Positions 29,711 to 37,946 of a stretch of 64,000 bases of DNA are shown here, piece after piece (within the stretch, counting starts at the first letter, position 1; each line of letters begins with the position of its first letter). The notes under the pieces were generated by a model. The model was not told the DNA's origin. It searched no databases and was given only the letters and a program-made list of their open reading frames with translations. Made by a program: the position numbers and the translations under genes. The DNA is from Candidatus Kerfeldbacteria bacterium (GTDB lineage: Bacteria; Patescibacteriota; Patescibacteriia; UBA9570; XYC2-FULL-38-9), in the NCBI GenBank assembly GCA_016182555.1, contig JACPGJ010000008.1:92272-156271 (forward strand). Direction: 5' to 3'.

Positions 29711-32104
29711 TTATTTATCCCGTAATTGAACGCCGAATTGTTTATTGAATACTGCCATTAACTGTTCACGCCACTGCTCCATTTCTTTCATTTCCAGAGT
29801 ACGCTGCCGCGATTGCATGACCATGCGCAATGAAATGCTTTTTTTACCAGCAGGAATTTTTCCACCGGTAAAAATATCAAACACCATGAGTGATTGCAAT
29901 AGCTCTCCTGCCTCTTGGCGAACAATCGATTCCACACTACTCCAAGCAAGGCCAGCATCGACAATAATAGAAAGATCTAAGGTGATGGCAGGATAAAGAG
30001 AGATTGGTTTCATTTTAGGTGCAACACCTCCGTGGGCATGTAACACAGGGATAGAAAGAGTAGCGAACGCAACCGGCATATCGATTCCCATACGTTTCAA
30101 TACATCAGGGTGAATTTCAGCAATAGTTCCCGCAATCGCTTCACCGGCGTTGACACGGAGCGCGCGCCCTTCAGCATAACTATTCCAAAATGGACAATCG
30201 GCTGTTTGATTGGTGAGCGTGGTGGTATAGGGAACATGTAATTCACGAAGCAACTGTTCCGCTATGCCACGAACCGTACGATACGCATCTGTTTTTTGCA
30301 TCACGACTATGCCAAGTTGACGCACTTCACGATCGGCAAAATAGACGTGGCCGATTTCAAAAAGTGCTAATTGTTTTTGATGTTGTTGGTTACGAACAAT
30401 ATTTTCAAGCATTCGTGGAAGCAAGTTCACACGCAAATATCGAAATTCATCAGAGAGCGGGTTGAGTATTTCGATATGTTCTTGTTTTGGATCAAACCCA
30501 ACCGCACGCATGAGCTCCTCTCCATAAAAAGAATAATTATACACTTCGGTGAGACCCATAACGGGTAACTTTTTTCGTATTTCCCATACCAATGGCAATT
30601 CCGGTTCGTGTTCTGGAACACGTAAAATACCGGTGAGGTTCTGTGGGGTAATACGGTCCAAACCGTATAGCCGAACAATCTCTTCAATAATATCTTCTGG
30701 AATATTCAAGTCACGGCGAAACCAAGGCGCGCTCACCTCAAGCGTGGTGACTCCGGCAGCAGTCGTGACATCGAGCTGACATTCTAACCGCTGCAACAAT
30801 TCTTGAATGTCCTTCATTGGAATAGCCACTCCAGCGAGTCGTTCAACATCCTCTGCCGTAAGCGTAATTGTTTTTAACTGTTCTTGTTGTGGATAAAGAT
30901 CGGTATACGCGACTACTTCGCCTGCGGCATGTTGCTGCAATAATTCAACGGTCCGCGCTGCCGCAACAGTACACAATTCCGCTGACGGATTCTTTTCAAA
31001 ACGCAGTGCGCTTTCCGTTCGAGTTCCCAACTTGACCGCAGCTTGCCGAACACGTACTGGTTCAAAATTCGCTATTTCTAGAATAATCCTTTTTGTTTGC
31101 GCGGTTACTCCTGAATCCAAACCACCAATCACGCCAGCAACCGCAATTGGTTGCTGAGTATCCGCAATCACAACAACAGATTCATCTAATAATTTTTCTT
31201 CTTTATCTAATGTGTGCATTTTTTCACCTACACGGGCGTTGCGGACAACAATCTTCCCACCGGTGACCCGGTCTGCATCAAAGGCATGCAATGGCTGGCC
31301 TAATTCCAGCATAACATAATTGGTAATATCCACCACATTGTTAATCGATTTTATTCCACACGCCTGTAAACGTTGCTGTATATGCACAGGAGTGTTACCG
31401 ACCGCAACATTCAGTTCAATGCCAATATAGCGCCGACAACCAGTAGCTTTATCAATTTGAATATCTAATTTTCCTAAGCCCGTTGGTATGGCTTGAGATG
31501 TCGCATAAACAAATGGCACGCCAAAGACTGCCGCCATTTCGCGTGCCATACCGACGTGTGAAAACAGATCGGGCCGGTGCGTCATGGATTTATTATCAAT
31601 ATCAATGAGTGCATCGTTATTGCCCAGTGCTTGAGCGAGCGGTGTACCAACAGCAATATTCAAATGCGTGAGGTTCAATATTTCACGTTCTTCTTTTTTC
31701 GGAAATTCCGCAGACAAATCTAATTCATCTGATGAGCAAATCATGCCACGTGATTCTACGCCACGAATTGTTGCGGCTTCAAGAGTGATAGGCTCCCCTT
31801 CTCCATGCCAACGCACACGTGCGCCAACGGTGGCCACCGCGACATCCATTCCTTCGCTAAGGTTCACGCCGCCACAAACAATTCGTTCCACACTACTTCC
31901 TATATTGACCCGGCATACACTTAAACGATCGGCATTTGGGTGTTTTTCCACATGCTCGATCCGACCAACCACCACCCCACTATACGCTGCGCCAGATTCA
32001 ATACCTTCAACCTCTACTGAATGCGTAGTCAATTCTGCCATAATTTTTTCTGTGCTCGGAAGCTGTGGCGCAAATTCTTGCAACCATGAGTAAGAAAATT
32101 TCAT
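29711..32104 (-). CDS. pheT: Phenylalanyl-tRNA synthetase beta subunit
   Basis: N-terminal tRNA-binding OB fold (MKFSYSWLQEF), B3/4 and B5 domains and a C-terminal FDX-ACB domain. Confidence 0.95.
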   Translation of the reverse strand: MKFSYSWLQEFAPQLPSTEKIMAELTTHSVEVEGIESGAAYSGVVVGRIEHVEKHPNADRLSVCRVNIGSSVERIVCGGVNLSEGMDVAVATVGARVRWHGEGEPITLEAATIRGVESRGMICSSDELDLSAEFPKKEEREILNLTHLNIAVGTPLAQALGNNDALIDIDNKSMTHRPDLFSHVGMAREMAAVFGVPFVYATSQAIPTGLGKLDIQIDKATGCRRYIGIELNVAVGNTPVHIQQRLQACGIKSINNVVDITNYVMLELGQPLHAFDADRVTGGKIVVRNARVGEKMHTLDKEEKLLDESVVVIADTQQPIAVAGVIGGLDSGVTAQTKRIILEIANFEPVRVRQAAVKLGTRTESALRFEKNPSAELCTVAAARTVELLQQHAAGEVVAYTDLYPQQEQLKTITLTAEDVERLAGVAIPMKDIQELLQRLECQLDVTTAAGVTTLEVSAPWFRRDLNIPEDIIEEIVRLYGLDRITPQNLTGILRVPEHEPELPLVWEIRKKLPVMGLTEVYNYSFYGEELMRAVGFDPKQEHIEILNPLSDEFRYLRVNLLPRMLENIVRNQQHQKQLALFEIGHVYFADREVRQLGIVVMQKTDAYRTVRGIAEQLLRELHVPYTTTLTNQTADCPFWNSYAEGRALRVNAGEAIAGTIAEIHPDVLKRMGIDMPVAFATLSIPVLHAHGGVAPKMKPISLYPAITLDLSIIVDAGLAWSSVESIVRQEAGELLQSLMVFDIFTGGKIPAGKKSISLRMVMQSRQRTLEMKEMEQWREQLMAVFNKQFGVQLRDK

Positions 32105-32113
32105 AATCGTGTA

Positions 32114-33169
32114 TTAAAACTGTTCAAGAAAGCGAGTGTCATTCTCCATAAACAATCGAATATCCGGTATACCATATTTCAACATCGCCAAGCGCATAGG
32201 GCCCATACCAAAGGCAAAACCGGTGTATTTGCCTGCCTGGTAGCCGGCCGCTTTGAACACATTCGGGTGAATCATTCCCGAACCGCCCATTTCTAACCAC
32301 CCGGTTTGTTTACACACACGGCACCCTTTCTGTTCGCAAAACAAGCATGACATATCCACTTCATAACTCGGTTCAGTAAATGGAAAATACCCAGGCCGCA
32401 AACGAATCTTCACCGGTTTTTTATACAACTGTTGAAATAATTCGCGCAATGTCCAAAATAAATGGCCAATGGTAATATCGGTATCGACAATAAACCCTTC
32501 CATTTGGTAGAGCGTAAATTCATGCGAGGCATCGGTGGCTTCATTGCGAAATGCGCGGCCGGGAATAATACAACGCAGAGGCGGTTGAAATTCTTCCATA
32601 ACTCGCACTTGCATGTTGGAAGTGTGTGTGCGCATCACCCATCCGCGATCTGTGGGAAACGAATGCTTTTCTGCGCGGGTAATTGGTGTTTTGATAAAAA
32701 ATGTATCTTGAATATCTCGTGCCGGGTGATCTTGTGGAAAATTCAACGCTTCAAAATTATAAAAATCATTTTCCAATTCCGGGCCTTCATAAACCATAAA
32801 ACCCATGGAAGTAAAAATACTCATCAGTTCATCAAACACCTGAGTGAGCGGGTGAACGTGTCCCATGCGTGGAGGTAGGCCTGGTAGCGTTAAATCTTGC
32901 GCTGGCACATCAGAAGCACCAGAGCTCTGTGCAGCGCGAAGAAACGTTTCCAATTTCTCTTCTATTTCTAACCGTACCGCATTTGCTGCAGCACCAACCG
33001 TTTTTCTCTCTTCCGGCGGCAATGTTTTCACCGTACGCAATACTTCATTTAAGCGACCCGCTTTTCTACCCAAAAATTCTACACGGAGTGCTTCAATTTG
33101 TTCGGCGGTTTGTGCTTGTGCGGCCGCAGTGGTAAACGCCTGCTGTATCTCTTTTAATTGATCAATCAT
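32114..33169 (-). CDS. pheS: Phenylalanyl-tRNA synthetase alpha subunit
   Basis: Class II motifs, including FRNEA and GFAFGMG. Confidence 0.95.
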   Translation of the reverse strand: MIDQLKEIQQAFTTAAAQAQTAEQIEALRVEFLGRKAGRLNEVLRTVKTLPPEERKTVGAAANAVRLEIEEKLETFLRAAQSSGASDVPAQDLTLPGLPPRMGHVHPLTQVFDELMSIFTSMGFMVYEGPELENDFYNFEALNFPQDHPARDIQDTFFIKTPITRAEKHSFPTDRGWVMRTHTSNMQVRVMEEFQPPLRCIIPGRAFRNEATDASHEFTLYQMEGFIVDTDITIGHLFWTLRELFQQLYKKPVKIRLRPGYFPFTEPSYEVDMSCLFCEQKGCRVCKQTGWLEMGGSGMIHPNVFKAAGYQAGKYTGFAFGMGPMRLAMLKYGIPDIRLFMENDTRFLEQF

Positions 33170-33582
33170 TGTTGGTGTTGTAATTTCTTTTTCTGGTAAA
33201 TACGTGCTTCAAGCGAACGAGCCAAGAAAAATCCTTCCAGAACCGCAAGGCCGAGGACAAGCAAGATCGGCATCCACCATACTAGCAGCTCTTCTTGAAT
33301 AAGCAATAACGTGAGGCACACGAGCAGGGCAAACCAAAATGATTGACGAAGCGAAATGCCAATGTAACGAAATGGAACGGTATTTCGTAAAAACACAAAC
33401 CGTAAGAAAAAACCAAGTAAATTCAGCGTACCCAACAAACCGAAAAATAAAGAGATAAAAAATAACATCATGCCCACAGTGCCAGCACTTTCTGGATCAA
33501 TACGATAAAGCACTAACATAAATGCGGTCCAACACAGCAGGGTCGTCAGCAGCATGGTCGCGATATACCGTTTGAGGGTCAT
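33166..33582 (-). CDS. Hypothetical polytopic membrane protein
   Basis: Four hydrophobic helices. No motif recognised. Confidence 0.4.
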   Translation of the reverse strand: MTLKRYIATMLLTTLLCWTAFMLVLYRIDPESAGTVGMMLFFISLFFGLLGTLNLLGFFLRFVFLRNTVPFRYIGISLRQSFWFALLVCLTLLLIQEELLVWWMPILLVLGLAVLEGFFLARSLEARIYQKKKLQHQQ

Positions 33583-33613
33583 AATAAATAAAGTATAACA
33601 AGTTTATAAAAAA

Positions 33614-33642
33614 TTGACAAAAGACATTTTTTCTGTTATTAT
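33614..33642 (+). promoter_or_regulatory. Candidate sigma70-type promoter (TTGACA-17-TATTAT)
   Basis: TTGACA at 33614-19, a 17-nt spacer, then TATTAT at 33637-42, about 30 nt upstream of the ATG at 33676. Confidence 0.45.
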
Positions 33643-33675
33643 GAATTTCATATATATCATTAACATAAGAACTTT

Positions 33676-34146
33676 ATGTCTTACGGTGAACGACCGAGGC
33701 TAAGCGGAGGTGCACAAAAAAGAATTATATCCGATTGGAGAGGTGTAGAAAGACAGGTTCCCTATAGTGTTGATGATATCGATCCACCTCATCCTGACCG
33801 ACAGAGAGAACGAAATGCATTAGAAACCAGATTCACGAATGGTCAGAGTGGTTTAAAAAATCAACTAGTCGAATTGCAAGGGATGAATAACGATACGGCA
33901 GAAGAATTGATCACTTTAATAAGTATTCATGTCTTCCGTGAATCTTCTCCTAAAGCCAAGGTGGCCACTCAAGCTGAATGGCGGTATAAAGAACAAGAAG
34001 CAAATATTCACAGAGAAGCGGACGAACGCGGTCAACAAGTTGTAACATTTATCAATGAACGCGCAGCAAATCTTGCTGCCACAAAAAAAGTAGTGCGGGA
34101 ATTTTATACAGAAACTCTCGACTTTAAACCACCTGTTGGTTTATAA
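33676..34146 (+). CDS. Hypothetical protein
   Basis: ORF with a consensus-like promoter upstream. No family recognised. Confidence 0.4.
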   Translation: MSYGERPRLSGGAQKRIISDWRGVERQVPYSVDDIDPPHPDRQRERNALETRFTNGQSGLKNQLVELQGMNNDTAEELITLISIHVFRESSPKAKVATQAEWRYKEQEANIHREADERGQQVVTFINERAANLAATKKVVREFYTETLDFKPPVGL

Positions 34147-34154
34147 ATCTCAAA

Positions 34155-34886
34155 CTATTTTTCTGGGCTGTAAATATGGCGGAAGTCTGTATCTACAGAA
34201 CGATATTTTTTCTGAAAAAAATCATGCACACTCTTTCTTTGTTGGGGTGTCATTTCAATATCATCAGGTAAATTCTGATCCAAACGTTGAAATGCATTTG
34301 CGACTTCCATCAAATAAGATCGCCGATAAACATCAGTAATGCTGCTATCAGTTAATTCTTCAACTGATACACCAGTTTGCTTTGCAACAAATTTATTTAA
34401 CGCAGCGATGATTTCCGGAGTATGCTCTTCACAGTATTTCAATACTGTATTAACTATATTCACTGCTGTTCTCATTTTCAAATCTGCATGTTCTGAAACT
34501 GGGGATCGCCACCCGCCACTTGCCTGAATATGAATATGCATTGCCGGTTCAAGCTCTGTAGCATCAAGCATAGCTACTGCTTTTGCAATCTGGCAACCCA
34601 GAGCGTATGCTTCTGTGATCTGCATTAATACTATCGGACTCAATTCCACTTTAAGATTAGGAGTATCCTGGGGTTTTAGCCAATATTGCATATCCCATGG
34701 TGCATTTTGTTTTGTTTCATTCATTTGTGCGTTATTTCGCAACATAGTGTTCAATTGTGTAACCAATGCTCGTCTATCCTGAAGCCTTTCACGATTTTTT
34801 ACCGGTTCTGCTTCTACATCGATGTTTAATTCCAGTGGGGTGATTTTTTTCTCTATCCGGTTTCCATCTGAACCTGGCTCACGCAT
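34155..34886 (-). CDS. Hypothetical protein
   Basis: 243-aa ORF convergent with 33676..34146. No family recognised. Confidence 0.4.
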   Translation of the reverse strand: MREPGSDGNRIEKKITPLELNIDVEAEPVKNRERLQDRRALVTQLNTMLRNNAQMNETKQNAPWDMQYWLKPQDTPNLKVELSPIVLMQITEAYALGCQIAKAVAMLDATELEPAMHIHIQASGGWRSPVSEHADLKMRTAVNIVNTVLKYCEEHTPEIIAALNKFVAKQTGVSVEELTDSSITDVYRRSYLMEVANAFQRLDQNLPDDIEMTPQQRKSVHDFFQKKYRSVDTDFRHIYSPEK

Positions 34887-34961
34887 AAAATTTCTGATGA
34901 ATGATTATGAGAATATGTATATAATAAAACCAGTATTTTTGCAAAAAGCTATGTGAAATTG

Positions 34962-37937
34962 CTATGAACGAAATTCACAAATATCGCGGTAGTCACAAAA
35001 CTTACAGTGCATGCCTGGAGTGGCTGCAAATTTTCCGGAAAGAATTTTTTCAATCAAACCCAGTGCCCACTCGGAAACCGCTTCGAGTTTTTTTGCTTCA
35101 ATGGAGGTACTCATCGTGGTATTCTCTTCAATAAAATAATAGGTCAATTTGATGGGATCGAGTTCCATAATTTCACGCAGCGCCAACGCATACACATACA
35201 ACTGCTCCGTATCTTTTTTTCCGCTTTTCGGCGGTGTACCGGTTTTATAATCAATAATTTCGATCCCCTCTTCTGTTTCATCTACTCGGTCTATCGCCCC
35301 TTTCATCGTATACTCACCCAGCTTAAAATGGAATCCTTTTTCCAACATCATCACACGCGGCCATGCATGTTCATGAAGCGCATAGAATTTTTTTAACGCC
35401 GTTTTCCCTTTTTCATAATATTCTTCGCGACGTTTTTTATTCTCATACCATTCATTAATCCATTTCTGTTCATAAATTTCGAGTAAGGTATCCAGGTTGA
35501 GCTGACTTTTCAAATCTTTATGTGTTACCGTCGGAGTTGCCCCACCAAATAAATCACCCTGCTGCAATTCTTCGGCTTCTTTGAGGCGGCGAAAAAATTC
35601 GTACAGTGTCGCATGAATTGTTTTTCCAAATGAAAAGCTGGGCTTGCCTGGTGTTGGCACTTTCAAAATAAATGAAAAGCGATATTGCCACGGGCAGGTT
35701 TCGTACGCTTTCAACTGCGTGAAACTAAATGTCTTCGGTTTATGCGTTAGAGCTTCATCTTCTACGGCCGCATCCCCACCGGAAACGGTCACACCTGTTC
35801 CACCAAAAACCACTGCACCAGTCGGTTCGGGTTTGGTGTCCACAAACCCACACTCGATCAAAAACCGTGATGGTTTCTTTTTGCGCGCACCACCATAATC
35901 TTCACCACTCGTCAAAAATAACCCGGTTTTCGCGCGCGTCACGGCCACGTAAAATAATCGGCGTTCTTCTTCAATATGCCAATCCCCTTCTGGCACCATA
36001 TCTTTCACAATGGCATCTGGAACCGGTATTGCTTCTTTGCGTGCAATAGATGGAAATCGTTTATCCACCAAATTCACCACAAACACATATTCAAATTCTA
36101 ACCCTTTAGCGGCATGGATGGTCATTAACTTCACCGACTCTGGCCCGGCTTCCATATCTGCTTGCAACTTTCCTTCATCACCCGCTTCAATCATCAGTGT
36201 TAGTTCGTTGATAAAATTCCTCACCGTTTTTTCACTTTGTGCGCGTTCAAACGCGGTAATATATTTGTAAAATTGATTCAAGTATAAAATGAAATCAGCG
36301 CTCATGCGTTCGTCAAGCGTGGTCAACCATTTTAAATAACCAGATTGTTCAAGAAATGACAACGTGATCTCTCCAACCGTGCGGCTGCGCGCATCCAGTG
36401 CCAACCGATCGAGCAATGTCAATATCGTTTCAATTTGTGTGTATGTTTGAGCGTTCAAATCGAGCACGGCGCGAATGGTTCGACAACTTTCATATAATGA
36501 TTGCGTATGTTTGCGACCATATTCCAATATGCGTACAATATCGCTGTGCGGAATATTCCAGACGGTGTATGTGAGCACCCGATACATCGCCCGAGATTCA
36601 TGATAATTATCAAGTAATTTAAGAAAAGCGATCACATCGAGAATCACCGGTTTTGCAAATAGCCCTTTTGACGCAAGAAATTGATATGGAATACCAGCAC
36701 GCTCAAGGTATGGGATAAAGGTATTTGCTTGGTCATTTGCGCGAACCAAAATAGCAAAATCGCTCCAGGCTAATTCGGGTTGCGCTTCTTTTAATGCAAT
36801 CATTTTATCCGCCACCATCTTTGCTTCGCCATCAAGCGTTTGAGAATGCAGGTGTTCAATCGTTCCACTCGCAGGTATATTGCTTTGCAGGTGTTTGTTG
36901 ATATTGAGCGTTTTTTCAAGGCGATTCGGATTGTTGTGTTGAATGAATTCGTATGCCAAATCTAAAATATTTTGGCGAGAGCGATAATTTTGAATAAGCG
37001 ATACTTCGTATGAATCTGGAAAATCTTTTTTGAAAATAAGAATGTTACTCATCGAAGCGCCACGGAAACTATAAATGGATTGATCGTCGTCAGCCACAAC
37101 CGTAAGGTTATTGTGCGGCGCCGCGAGTAATTTAATCAAATCATATTGCGCAAAATTAGTGTCTTGAAATTCGTCAACCAGAATATATTTGAATTGTTTG
37201 CGATAATGCGCCAATAATGTTGGCCGCTCTTTTAATAAGTGAATTGTTTCAATAATGAGGTCACCAAAGTCGAGTGCTCCTTGAGCACGTAACACATCTT
37301 GATACTGTTTGTAGGCTCGGGCGACTTCCATGACTCTTCGTGCTTCGTGCAGAGAAGCCTCCGCTGAAGAGCCCTCCGCGTCAATTCCTCGAGAGCTTCG
37401 TTTGGCTTCGCCAATATCTAAATCTAAATGCAATTTTTCTGCATAGGCTAAATATTCTTGTGGGGTGATATCTTCATCTTTCAAGCGCGAAAAATGGGAA
37501 ATCAACGCTTGCACAAATTTTGTGGGGTTGCCTTTTGGGCGGTAATAATCTAACTCAAAATCATCAATATATTCACGAAGCAATAACGCTTGTTCAGTTT
37601 CACCGAGCAGCTTGAAGTCGTTCGGTAAGCCGACATCGATGGCGTGATCTTTCAATAATCGTTCACCGAATGCATGAAATGTGGAAATCCATAAGTCGAC
37701 GTAGCCCATACAAAGCAGCGCATCGACTCGCTCTTCCATTTCCCCTGCTGCTTTTTCGGTAAACGTAAGCGCCAAAATTTCTTCGGGTTTTGCTAAACCT
37801 TTTTCAATTAAATAGGCAATGCGTCGCGTAATGACCGTCGTTTTTCCCGTACCGGCTCCAGCAATAATCAAGAGCGGCCCGCTTTCATGCGTGACCGCCT
37901 CCTGCTGTTCTTTGTTCAACCCACTCAGAATATCCAT
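34962..37937 (-). CDS. UvrD/PcrA-like superfamily-1 helicase fused to a C-terminal PD-(D/E)xK (RecB/Cas4-like) nuclease with a four-Cys cluster
   Basis: N-terminal Walker A GAGTGKTT and the UvrD helicase motifs. The C-terminal region carries YETCPWQY ... DYKTG ... CKFCDYRDICEF, a Cas4/AddB-type Fe-S nuclease signature. Confidence 0.85.
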   Translation of the reverse strand: MDILSGLNKEQQEAVTHESGPLLIIAGAGTGKTTVITRRIAYLIEKGLAKPEEILALTFTEKAAGEMEERVDALLCMGYVDLWISTFHAFGERLLKDHAIDVGLPNDFKLLGETEQALLLREYIDDFELDYYRPKGNPTKFVQALISHFSRLKDEDITPQEYLAYAEKLHLDLDIGEAKRSSRGIDAEGSSAEASLHEARRVMEVARAYKQYQDVLRAQGALDFGDLIIETIHLLKERPTLLAHYRKQFKYILVDEFQDTNFAQYDLIKLLAAPHNNLTVVADDDQSIYSFRGASMSNILIFKKDFPDSYEVSLIQNYRSRQNILDLAYEFIQHNNPNRLEKTLNINKHLQSNIPASGTIEHLHSQTLDGEAKMVADKMIALKEAQPELAWSDFAILVRANDQANTFIPYLERAGIPYQFLASKGLFAKPVILDVIAFLKLLDNYHESRAMYRVLTYTVWNIPHSDIVRILEYGRKHTQSLYESCRTIRAVLDLNAQTYTQIETILTLLDRLALDARSRTVGEITLSFLEQSGYLKWLTTLDERMSADFILYLNQFYKYITAFERAQSEKTVRNFINELTLMIEAGDEGKLQADMEAGPESVKLMTIHAAKGLEFEYVFVVNLVDKRFPSIARKEAIPVPDAIVKDMVPEGDWHIEEERRLFYVAVTRAKTGLFLTSGEDYGGARKKKPSRFLIECGFVDTKPEPTGAVVFGGTGVTVSGGDAAVEDEALTHKPKTFSFTQLKAYETCPWQYRFSFILKVPTPGKPSFSFGKTIHATLYEFFRRLKEAEELQQGDLFGGATPTVTHKDLKSQLNLDTLLEIYEQKWINEWYENKKRREEYYEKGKTALKKFYALHEHAWPRVMMLEKGFHFKLGEYTMKGAIDRVDETEEGIEIIDYKTGTPPKSGKKDTEQLYVYALALREIMELDPIKLTYYFIEENTTMSTSIEAKKLEAVSEWALGLIEKILSGKFAATPGMHCKFCDYRDICEFRS

Positions 37938-37946
37938 CTATTTTCA

